Source: Paraspadella gotoi
Lineage: Eukaryota; Animalia; Chaetognatha
Direction of reading: 5' to 3'
Assembly (NCBI GenBank): GCA_051294375.1
Contig: CM119264.1
Span: forward strand, 29,949,693 to 30,013,692
DNA length: 64,000 nucleotides
In this document: positions 12,195 through 24,100 of the stretch, one piece after another
How the letters are laid out: each line of letters starts with the position of its first letter
Numbering within the stretch: position 1 is the stretch's first letter
Notes under the pieces: generated by a model
What the model was told of the DNA's origin: nothing
The model's input: the letters and a program-made list of their open reading frames with translations, nothing else
The model's database searches: none
Program-made: the position numbers and the translations under genes

Positions 12195-15100
12195 NNNNNN
12201 NNNNNNNNNNNNNNNNNNNNNNNNNNNNNNNNNNNNNNNNNNNNNNNNNNNNNNNNNNNNNNNNNNNNNNNNNNNNNNNNNNNNNNNNNNNNNNNNNNNN
12301 NNNNNNNNNNNNNNNNNNNNNNNNNNNNNNNNNNNNNNNNNNNNNNNNNNNNNNNNNNNNNNNNNNNNNNNNNNNNNNNNNNNNNNNNNNNNNNNNNNNN
12401 NNNNNNNNNNNNNNNNNNNNNNNNNNNNNNNNNNNNNNNNNNNNNNNNNNNNNNNNNNNNNNNNNNNNNNNNNNNNNNNNNNNNNNNNNNNNNNNNNGAT
12501 GTCCTCACCCTTCCTTGTCAAACGAGGAAAGTAAAGTATTCATTGTTTTTCAGTCTCAATTCAATTCTGTCAATTTGTTTCAATTCAGTCAATTCATTTC
12601 AATTTAGTCTCAATGATGTCCTCACCCTTCCTTGTCAAACGAGGAAAGTAAAGTCTTCATTGTTTTTCAGTCTCAATTCAATTCAGTCAATTCGTTTCAA
12701 TTCAGTCAATTCATTTCAATTTAGTCTCAATTCCCTCCGCAGATTCTCGGGTAAATAATTAATTTCCGAACAGCGTTATTCATGGCCGAATGAAAAATAT
12801 CCTCAGGAAATTTAATATGAAATATTAGGAAATATGAAATATCTCTAGTTAATTCTTTTATGACTACGATGACGGTTTTTTTTTAAATTCTTCTTTTAAA
12901 TTCTTTGTCCTCACAGATGGCATTCTTATCCTCACAGATGGCATCTTTTCTCCCTCACAGATGGCGTCTCCGTAATGAGTGGCGTTGATGAAGGAATCTT
13001 CGCCTGGTTGACGGTCAACTTTCTCTTCGAAACTTTAGCAACGACGAAAAAATACAGGGAATTCTCTGCCGCCAGGTGAGAAGATGATGACAGAAATTAT
13101 AATGACATAATTGAATATGAGAGACTGAATATGACAAAATGACTGACATATATGGAAAGAATTCTCCCAGCGAGGTGAGAGGATGATGACAGAAATGATA
13201 ATGACATAATTGAATATGATAGACTGAATATGACAAAATGACTGACATATATGGAAAGAATTCTCTGCCGCGAGGTGAGAGGATGATGACAGAAATGATA
13301 ATGACATAATTGACTATGATAGACTGACATTGACAAGGCCAACGACGAATTACATGCTAATAGAGATGTCAACTATGACTGATCCGAACAGACAGCGATG
13401 ACACCAAGCTCTCTGATGATGGCGCCAGCGACNNNNNNNNNNNNNNNNNNNNNNNNNNNNNNNNNNNNNNNNNNNNNNNNNNNNNNNNNNNNNNNNNNNN
13501 NNNNNNNNNNNNNNNNNNNNNNNNNNNNNNNNNNNNNNNNNNNNNNNNNNNNNNNNNNNNNNNNNNNNNNNNNNNNNNNNNNNNNNNNNNNNNNNNNNNN
13601 NNNNNNNNNNNNNNNNNNNNNNNNNNNNNNNNNNNNNNNNNNNNNNNNNNNNNNNNNNNNNNNNNNNNNNNNNNNNNNNNNNNNNNNNNNNNNNNNNNNN
13701 NNNNNNNNNNNNNNNNNNNNNNNNNNNNNNNNNNNNNNNNNNNNNNNNNNNNNNNNNNNNNNNNNNNNNNNNNNNNNNNNNNNNNNNNNCGTTTGTCTCC
13801 CGCAAATGGAAGCGGATCCAGATTGTTGAGGGTCAAAGGAAGAAATAGGAAAAAAAAGGAAAAAAAGAAATTGAATTTAAAAGTTTGAGTGAAAAGTTNN
13901 NNNNNNNNNNNNNNNNNNNNNNNNNNNNNNNNNNNNNNNNNNNNNNNNNNNNNNNNNNNNNNNNNNNNNNNNNNNNNNNNNNNNNNNNNNNNNNNNNNNN
14001 NNNNNNNNNNNNNNNNNNNNNNNNNNNNNNNNNNNNNNNNNNNNNNNNNNNNNNNNNNNNNNNNNNNNNNNNNNNNNNNNNNNNNNNNNNNNNNNNNNNN
14101 NNNNNNNNNNNNNNNNNNNNNNNNNNNNNNNNNNNNNNNNNNNNNNNNNNNNNNNNNNNNNNNNNNNNNNNNNNNNNNNNNNNNNNNNNNNNNNNNNNNN
14201 NNNNNNNNNNNNNNNNNNNNNNNNNNNNNNNNNNNNNNNNNNNNNNNNNNNNNNNNNNNNNNNNNNNNNNNNNNNNNNNNNNNNNNNNNNNNNNNNNNNN
14301 NNNNNNNNNNNNNNNNNNNNNNNNNNNNNNNNNNNNNNNNNNNNNNNNNNNNNNNNNNNNNNNNNNNNNNNNNNNNNNNNNNNNNNNNNNNNNNNNNNNN
14401 NNNNNNNNNNNNNNNNNNNNNNNNNNNNNNNNNNNNNNNNNNNNNNNNNNNNNNNNNNNNNNNNNNNNNNNNNNNNNNNNNNNNNNNNNNNNNNNNNNNN
14501 NNNNNNNNNNNNNNNNNNNNNNGATCGGCTGCCTCGATCTCGGCGGAGGCTCCACCCAAATCACCTTCAGTCCGCTAGAGGCCGCGATCCTCGCTCAAGC
14601 GCCGCCCGACTTTTTGAGGCGAGTCTTTTGAGAATCCGCGAGAAATTGAATCGGTCCACCAGGAAGGCTGTTTTCAGCCCACTTAGAGCTAACCATATTC
14701 TCGTAATCTCAATTTTTGCAGCGGGTTGCACTCATTGATAAATACAAAAACTTAAATAACTAACTATTTTAAAATAAATATTATTTTTTTATCTAAAACC
14801 CAATTCAATTATTTTCAGAACGATAAACGTTTTTCATCGCAACTTTTCGCTTTACACGAAGAGTTATCTCGGTTACGGTCTCATGGCCGGAAGATTAAAC
14901 GTTTTACGGAGATATCAACACAAATTTGTCTCAAGTGAGTGAATGATTTGGCGTGAATCATTACGATGTGATTTACGGCCTTCGAATTACGATGAAAAAA
15001 CTTGTGAAACGATTTTTCAAGTTTTTCTCAAGCGTCGCTGCCAGAGACTTGCACGAGACTTAATACTTGTCAAAAACAGAAAACTCTCCAGTTTTGTGTG

Positions 15101-18100
15101 GGTCTTATGGTTCGAGTGTGCATGTGTGTGGTTCTTTCGATAAAAAAAAATATTGAAAAAAAAACGGATTATTAATTTTTTTCCTTTTTTTTTAAACATC
15201 GTGTAATGGTCGCCATCGCTTTGGGCCGCTCCTCCCCCATATTTTCTTCTCTTCCCCTACAAAAACATGGCTTATTTTGTGTTTGCGCTCCAACAAACAG
15301 GAACCCACTGACTTTTATTCCGTTTCGCTCTGGCCAACGCTCTCCTCTCTCTCTCTCTTCCTCTTCTCCCTCGTCTCCTTCTCCATCCTCCTCTCCCTCT
15401 CGCTCTATTTAATCCCGAACTCTTTCCCTTTTTTTTTAAAGTCTCCAACTCTCTCCCTCTCGGTCTCTCCTCCTCCCCTCTTCTTTTCTCTCTCTCTCTC
15501 CCACCCTCTCTCTCGCTCCTCCCCGTCATCTCCTCCATCTCTCGTCTCTCTCCTCTCTCCTCTGATTGTATGTCTCTTTTCTCTGTCAACCCCCCAACCG
15601 GGAAGCAATCAAACGCTGTTGGTTGAGACTCTCCACGAGAGTGAGATGCCTTCTGTCCGACGCGAAAGAAAATTTCGAGGAGAAAATTTGGTTTTGGATC
15701 AGGCAAAAGAGACGGGCGAATAGACGGTGGCACAAAGAGCAGGGGAATGCCAGCAGTTTATAAGAAGATCGGCCTAGGGAGGGAACACATGGGGGAAAGG
15801 AGAGGGAAAAGCGTCACCAGTGATGGAATAGAGGAGGAAAGATCAGGGAAAAGGGAAGAATAGAAGAAAGTGAGATCCACCAGAGAGTATGAAATAAAGT
15901 GAGAAAAGAAAAAGAGAGGGGGGAAAGCAGAAGGAATGAGAGAAGATCCCAAAGAAAGGAGAGGGACGCAAATAGTAAAAAACTACCGAAAGGGAGATAT
16001 AGAAGAAAAATGCAACAAGAGGAAATCAAGAAGGAATAAAGAGGCTTCAGCAATTGCTGTTGACATTGACGCTAGATGTGCAGCGCGGACACCGCGAGAT
16101 TGTGTTTGTCGAGAGATTTGAAAAAACAAGCCTCGACGCCTATTCTTGTTTTGAAAATACGAGAAATTGGCCGAGATGTCGGCTTTTGGCACGCGCAATT
16201 CTTGAGACGCGGGGAAGATTAAACCACACGGTTTTAGGGAAGAGTTTTTTTTCTCTTTAACCAATTTTATTGTTTAATCTCTTTTTTTCTAAAAACTGAC
16301 TAAATCATCATTCGTTTAACTTTTAATCTCCTACGTACATACGGCTTGATAAATGGAAATTCATTAAGTATTCCTCAAGTTTGTGATTCCTGAAAACAAG
16401 AGAAAGATGATCATTTGCTTTGTTTATTTCGTTCGGAAAAAAGAACCGACGAAATCGCTTTTATTCTCTCTCTGTCTAACAAATAACGAAGAACATCGTT
16501 TCAATACGCCGGGTAATTAATTACACGTGTAACTTCCCCTATTAATCATAATATTAATTTAAACATAGGTTAGTTCTCTTCAGTGCTCTAAAGTGCTTAA
16601 CTATATAAACTTGACATTGTCCACATTTTACTATAAAACCTAATTTCAGTTTAATTCTAAACTTTCATTCTCTCTTAGCTTTACCCGAAACCCAAATCAG
16701 TTTTGTTTAAATTGAATTCTATCACTGTCGCTCCCTCTCCACCCCACGTAGTTGCTCCTTTTGTTCCAGAATGTCGTGTTGTCCACAAGAAACGGACAAA
16801 AGAAAAAAACGGAAAACAGGCTCCTCTGTCTTCCCTGCTCCTCGCTCTTCCTCTCTCAGATACTACAGCTTCAGGCGAAAAGCCGAACGCACAAACGAAA
16901 ATCACCTTTTTATGTTCGACGACCATTGTCGTTCACAGGTTTTGAATTTTTTTTTTGAAATATTCGTGATACATTGTTGAAATTTCATTGAATTTTCTTT
17001 TCTGAAAATTTTTTGAAATTTGATTTTTTGGAAATAATTTGATACTACGGAAATTCATTTTCCTTCTCCGAGATTTCTGTTTCAATTCAGTTTGGGTGAA
17101 CTCCGCGAGGTCGCTTTCGGTTCACACACACTCCCGAGTCTCGCAACCGACACCATCGAGCACCCGCCGTAAAAAGCGGCAAAAAGCGCAGCGAGACGCG
17201 GAGCTCCGGAACTGGGTCTCCGCACATCCCGAGCCGCCCCGAAACCCCGCCTTTAGGGCCTGTCTCCGCCTCTCCACCTCCCTCAGTAACGGCTCGCTCA
17301 TGCTTCTACTCCCGTCAGCCGGTGTACAATGCGTAGGCAGCGCCCGCCGCGAGGGTCCTCTCGCCGACTCCCCCACTTTCCGCCGCTGGGTTTGTCCCTG
17401 GTGGGCTCGAGCCGGGTGCACCGACTATACATCGGGTATGGTGGTAGGGGAGAGGACGTGGTGCATTCGCCTATAAAGGACTCGGCTCTTAGTCGAGAAA
17501 CGAATCAAGTTGGCCATGATACAGGCGGGATTCCGCCTTTTTCAAGCAGCAGTGGGAGGAGTTCAACGTTCCATGCGATCGGATATGGCTTCGTGGCAAA
17601 CGGTGAGTTGATGTTTTCCTTATTTTGTGATTTTGCCCTTTTGCATACATTAGTGAAATTTTTTGATTATTTTCGGCTCCACCAATTCGACTTTGTCTTG
17701 TTTTTTTTGTTTTTTATCCTCGCAGCTCTTGTTACTGGAGCACTACGTGTGGAGAAGGAGCCGACATGAATACGAATTTTGGTTCCAAATGGAACCGGGC
17801 ATTCTTCATGGCTCCTCTCCACCACGTGTCTCCCGCGTCCACCGACTGACGACCACCCGTGGTGAGAGGGCGGCTTCGGGGGTTCTTCTTTTGTCTTTTG
17901 GTCTGCGCCCCTTATCTAATCAGCTTTTTTTCCTCTCTTTTATCCTTTTCAATGTCGATGTTCATCTCGCTCCCCTGGAATTTCACTTTTGTCTCCGCAT
18001 CAACACTCTCTACTGCTCGCTGCTGATCTCGTTTTGCCAGTGATCAACCGTCCACGCTTCCCTGCGCACAGAGGCTTGTCATGCTAACCCGGCCTCCTTC

Positions 18101-21100
18101 CTAAGTCGGGATACCTGGATTGGTCTCGTGCTCAAATCAACATCTGCAACACCCTCGCCATTGCGGCCGGACCGATGATTATCCCTGGTTCGGTCACAGG
18201 AAAGGCCCGAACTCTCATCCACTTCTGACTCGCTCCAGTGGAGAGTTACTCCTTGAGACTTTTATTCCCAAACGCAAATACCCTGCAATCCGTTCTTCGG
18301 AGTGGGTGTGTCAGCAATGGAAGGAGCTGCGTTTTCTGTTGGTTCTTCCGGGACGCTCCACCCAAGGGTTGGGAGCCCCGGTCAACGCAGATCTTATTCC
18401 TATGCCCTCATGGGTTGATGATCTTCCTCCCTGCTGATTTTGGACCTCCCGATGAAGGATCACTCCTGGTCTCTGCACACATTCTGCATGCGTCCAACAG
18501 GATCGCAAATCGGCCCTCTCCGCTCTTTTCATGCAGCTCGCTCGCACTAATGATGGGATGCAGGGGCCCGCTCTACTCAATTCTGTCCTCCCTTCACCCA
18601 CCTGCAGAAGGCCTGAAATTTATTATTGCCGTCTCTCAACCGCTTTCTCTGGCCAGATCCGAATTTGATTTTCTGGATTTGGAGCCATTCCTGGCTGCTC
18701 CAACCTCAACGCGACCAGCTTCACATGTCGGCCGTTTTCTTTTAATTCAGCCTTTGGCTGAATCTCGACGTTTGTAGTCCGCCAGTCTTCCTCCGAAGAC
18801 TTACAGCTACGCTACGGATTCCCCCTCCTCTCCTGTGGATTTTTTAATTTTGGGAATCCGATCGACGCGCACGGTTTCTGCGGCCCCTTCCATTCCTCTC
18901 TTTTCAAAGGCTCAAGCCTAATCGACCCCACGAAGTAATCGCAGTTCCGCGCAAGAGGTTCTTGCTAAGTCCCAGGGGTTTCCCCTACAAGCCTTATCGC
19001 AAGTCCCCGCTCCTCTAGGGCCGTCCTCTCGGCGACAAGGGGATGGGGCCCGCGCGTCCCGAAGGAATTCCCCCAAGTGACTTCCCTATGACGCCACCCC
19101 TCCCCGCCCTCGGCCGTTCCCCGCCTCCGTCCCGGATCCCCACTTTGGCGGACACTCTCAAGACCATGGATCTGTTCACAGGACTCGACCCTTTGTCTTC
19201 TCCGGCCCGTCATTCCCCCCAACTTCTCCGGTGGGAGGGCGCCTTGCCAGCAGATTCGTCCTTTTGGGCCGATTTGGTCGGAACAGGAAGATCTTCTCCC
19301 CTATTTACAAATTACGTGAAAGGATTCCTCATTGCAGGAGCGAACAAGCGACTTCCCTACAGACATGCCTCCTCCCTCCTCTGGACGACCGACCCCCTTC
19401 TTTTGGGGACAGAGGACTCACCTCACCCGACGAACGAGAATAGCGGCAGCGCGCCTATCGAAAAACGGGTGCCGTGGCAGGAGTCGAGCCTTCCCGGGGT
19501 ATATTACTTCCCACCCCAGATTTTTCTGGTTCCCAAAAAAGATGGGGGATGGAGGCCCCAATTCTAAATTTGAAGAGCATCAAACCCAGCTCCTCATTGC
19601 TCCCTCCTTACTCGTCCGGATGGAAGGTTGTCAAGATGTTCGCGAAGATGTTCTTCCGGGGACGCGGGCGTTGTCTATCCGACCCTTCGCGACGCCTATC
19701 CTCCAATTGCCTCTTCATGTGGATCATCGCAGTTTTTGCTCGGTTTCATTTGGAGAGGCGCGCGTTTAATCCACGCGTACAAGTCCTTCCTTTCGGTTTG
19801 GCAACCGGTCCTCCTGGGCTATTACACCAAGACGACACGCCTCCCGTTAGTCGCCTGGCTCCGGAAGAGGTGCCGTCATCAGGGTGCCTTTTCTACATTA
19901 GACGATATCTGATACTGGGGACCTCGCAAGAGGAGTGCCTGGTGAACACTCTCACAGCTCATTCGACTCTTGGAAGCGATGCGGGCTTCATCATTTCCAT
20001 CCCCCAAGAAGTCAAGTTTGGTTCGCGATCCAACGATATTTTTCAGTCTTCTTGCCGGTCTCTCCAATGGGACGGGGCGCTTCATCCGCGAGTTGCGCTC
20101 CCTTGGACCAACCAGATTTTGTCCTCCTCCTCGCCGAGATGGCCGCCTTTCTCCTGCTAGAGACCCACTCCATCCAGCCCCTTCAGGTTCTTCGCCCTGC
20201 TGGGTCTGTGACCCGCACGCCTCTTTAGCAGTCCCGCTCCATCCATCGTCCTGCGAGCGGCATAAGGATTCTCAACGGCTCGCAACGCCTCAATCGTGTT
20301 ACTCACGGCAGAAGGATCCTGGGGAACGACGGTCTTTCTTCCGCGCGAGGCGGCGGACGTGGAGCTTGCGTCTGCGATGTCAACGAGCTCGAGATCCCAG
20401 GGACTTGCTTTTGCTCCGATCCGAATGATGTTTCCCCCACCCCTCCCCCTCACCTCTCCCGCCCCTCTCCGGATTCTTGCCACATGGAGTTGAACGCACA
20501 CCTGCCTCCCCAGGAAGGTTGGCGCGTTCCCTGTACTTCGGGGCTTCTCACCGCGGCGTTTCGGGCCACAGTTGTGCCGATGCCCATCTCCATCCCTCAG
20601 CTGTGAAGCCGATTCATGGACCTGCTCAAGTTCCTGCGTTCCCTTCGGTCGGCCCCATCCCAGATTCCAGGGCTGCAATCTTTCTGTGGAAGACCGACCA
20701 GCTCTAGTGTCTCTGGTTTGGTCTTCCGCCCGCTCTGCAGCCGCTCCACACCCAGGATCTTCACGCAACTTGTCAGGGATTCTCTCCTTCTGGCTCAGTC
20801 TCTGAGATCAGCAATTGTGGGGACGCACATTTCCTCGGAAAGAGAACTTCTCGATCGGCGGATGCAGCATCACGGCGGCAAGAGCTGTTTCAGGCATTGG
20901 CATCTCTCTCCCCAAGTTCTCGACGGATTTTCAACCGCATCCTCGCGTTTTGCCCTCAGATAGATCATTTTGCGGACGGCGCTACTCCCGTCGAAGTTCC
21001 TCGCTAGCCTTCCTCTTGGAAGATGGAGAGGATTCTCTCGGACTAGGATGCCCTCAGTCAAAGTTGGATTTTCCGACAGGAGCTTACGTGTTTCCCCTCT

Positions 21101-24100
21101 CCGCTCTGATCCCCGAAGGTGATCATCAAGTTGAGGGAGGCCCAGGGGGAATTCCTCTCCTCTGGTGACGCCCTTTTTGGCCAGCCCCACGAAGTGGTTT
21201 CCGTTGTTGTTGACTCTTCGGGTGTTGGACGGTTTTTCGTCTCCCGTGGTCTCGTCGATTGGGTTGACAAAGCCACGGTGCTCTCCCCCAGCTCTCGGAT
21301 CGGCCTCAAAGTTGGAGTGTCTGGAGGATTATAGGAGGCGCACGCCCCACGCAGCCCCCGCCGTCTCCAAGACCTCTAACACACTCAGCTTTTTCTAAGT
21401 CATCTCCACAGCCTGCAGGGATCTACAGATCCGTCTTACGTACAGGGTCTGGCGATGCTTTGTGACTGCCCTTCCTTCAGCGTAGGGGCCTTCGAAGGAC
21501 ATCAGGCCGCTCTGAAGGAACGTTCTCCCCCGAGTATTCGCCTCATCATCAGCCCGACGACGGTCTGTCTTATAGCCAGTTGAATTTGCACAGATCGCAT
21601 CTCCGCTACTTTGCCTCATGTGGATGGTTCTCCATGTGGGTCCAACATCCTTTGGTCTGCCGCTTTCTGTCGAAGGGTGTCTTCCAGAAACCCCTCCTTC
21701 GCGCAGGATGTTTCCCGGGCCTTGGAGTGCTCGCTCCCCGCAGTTTCTGCGGTTTTTGATATTTCGCTCTACTATTTTCTCCCCCGCTTCCTGTTCCTTG
21801 AGGAGTACAATTTTCTCCTCTGCCATGGCTCTGCAAGAAGGCCTTCAGAGTTAGTTTTTCTCTCGTTGTGGACCTGGTCACATGCATTTTGCTGCTGCGC
21901 ATCCCGTTCGTTTTGTCAGCCTTCCTCAACTGTCCTGCAAAGACCCTGGAACAGAATAAACGTCGTCTTGGTCCTCCCGCTTTTTTCGTTTGCATAGACT
22001 GCACTGCGCCTCAAGTCGTTGAGTCTCAGCTTTGGTATATTTCTTGGCTTCGTGTTCGTCAGGATTGCTCGACAACAACGCACGATTTTCCTGCTTCAAT
22101 CTCATCGCCTCCTTATGGTCCATTATCTCTCACACACGTTTTTCTCTCAATCGATTCTCAAGTCGATCTTTATAGAGATGCGGACATCACTTCCCGCGCC
22201 CCCCTGGCTCGACACGCGCTACCAAGGTGTATCGGCCAAGCTTTTGCAAAGGGGCGTCGGATCTGCGACGTCATTCTATCGTGCAGGGGATTGGTCCTGG
22301 GGCACAGACTTCCTTTCGCCTTTACTGTCGGGTAGTCCGCGTGGCAGGTCCGTCTCTCAGATTATGGTCTTGCTGGACTGCAGGTGATTTTCGTGGCGTT
22401 CGCTTCTCGCTGAGCTAGTATCTGAGAGAGGAAGAGGAGGATGGAGGAAGACCGCCAGCCCGAGGCAGCCCTGCTTTTCCGTCTTTCTTCTTTGTCTTTC
22501 TTGTGGACAACACGACATCTGGAACAAAAGAGCAACTAGTGGTGGAGACGGAGGCCACTCCGAACGCATCCGGTTCCATTTGGAACCATAAATTTAAATC
22601 TATTCTTGGTAATTCACCTCCTTTCTTTTCCGTTGTTTGAGAGACTCTCAACAAAGTTTGATTATTTTGCAACGAAATTGTGAGCGCCCAAACACTCGCT
22701 CTGCTCTTTTAAAATAAAATTCCGTTGCCAAATAAAATCAAACTTTGTTAAAAATCTTATCTTAAATTTAATCTAAAACTTAAAACTTAAAACTCCTTAA
22801 TATTCAAATCGTTAATGTTAAACTTTAGGATAAACTTCAAACATTTAAAACTGGTCAAATTTCCGTCATCTTTAAAACGCTCTTGTCATCCTGACGCAAA
22901 TCTTAAACCGTCTCACGTTCCAGCTATTCTATCCCCCAACTCGCCTCGGTGGGCGTGGCTCCTAAAAAGAATGATGGGCGTGGCAGCAAAGACCGACGTT
23001 CCTCGTCGTCGTCGTCGTCGTCGTCGTCGTTTCGCGGGCCCTAAGTCACTCCCTCAAGGGCGAAAAGGCCGAATTCTTCGCCGCTCAAAGACGAAAACCT
23101 GCGGACGAACTTCGGCGCGAGGACTTCTAAAGGCGTGGGAGATATTCAAGGCGACGACGACAACACATAGAATCAACTTTCCCTCGGTACACCACCTACC
23201 CACTCCACCCACACCCCACCTTTCCTCTCCAAACCCCCCACTCCAGTCTATACCCCACCCCTTCCTCCCCACCAGCCTTTTCGTCGCTGTCTATCCTCCC
23301 ACCTCTCCCTTTATCTCGTTCCGCTGGAATTAATCGTCGCCGCGGAAAATTCCCTCTCAGCAATTTTCTGCGCTTTTTTTTCTCCTATTACTATGACGCC
23401 CCCTGCTGCGTGGATTACCTAGGACTCATACAGGATAAAGCACAGGGTGAGAGAGCGCCGCAGGTGCCTTACCCAGAGAATGAGCGATGAGGCGAAAAGG
23501 GCCTTAACCAGAGAAGAGGCGATGAGGCGAGAAGGGCCTTAAACAAGAGAAGAGCGATGAGCCTCGCGAGAAGGGCCTACCCCTGAGAAGAGCGAATGAG
23601 GGCGAGAAGGGCCATTAACAGAGCNNNNNNNNNNNNNNNNNNNNNNNNNACTCCTTAATATTAAATCGTTCAATGTTAAACTTTTAGGATAAACTTTCAA
23701 CATTTAAACTGGTCAAATTTCCGTATTTAAAAGTCTTTCATCCTGACCCAAATCTTAAACCTCCCACGTTCCCCCATCTCTCCCCCAACTCGCCTCGGTG
23801 GGCGTGGCTCTAAAAGGTGATGGGCGTGGCAGCAAAGACGACGTCCTCGTCGTCGTCGTCGTCGTCGTTCGCCCCTCGATCCCTCAAGGGCGAAAAGGCG
23901 AAAATCTTCGCCGCTCAAAGACGAAAACTGCGACGAAAAATTCGCNNNNNNNNNNNNNNNNNNNNNNNNNNNNNNNNNNNNNNNNNNNNNNNNNNNNNNN
24001 NNNNNNNNNNNNNNNNNNNNNNNNNNNNNNNNNNNNNNNNNNNNNNNNNNNNNNNNNNNNNNNNNNNNNNNNNNNNNNNNNNNNNNNNNNNNNNNNNNNN

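Noticed and set aside
578-14631. Many ORFs containing long X runs
   Set aside because: They exist only because N gaps contain no stop codons.
22790-23623. Second copy of ENTPD exon sequence and the 31-bp minisatellite (possible mutually exclusive exons)
   Set aside because: Noisy duplicate of 23650-24490 directly across a 25-N join; typical overfilled-gap artefact.
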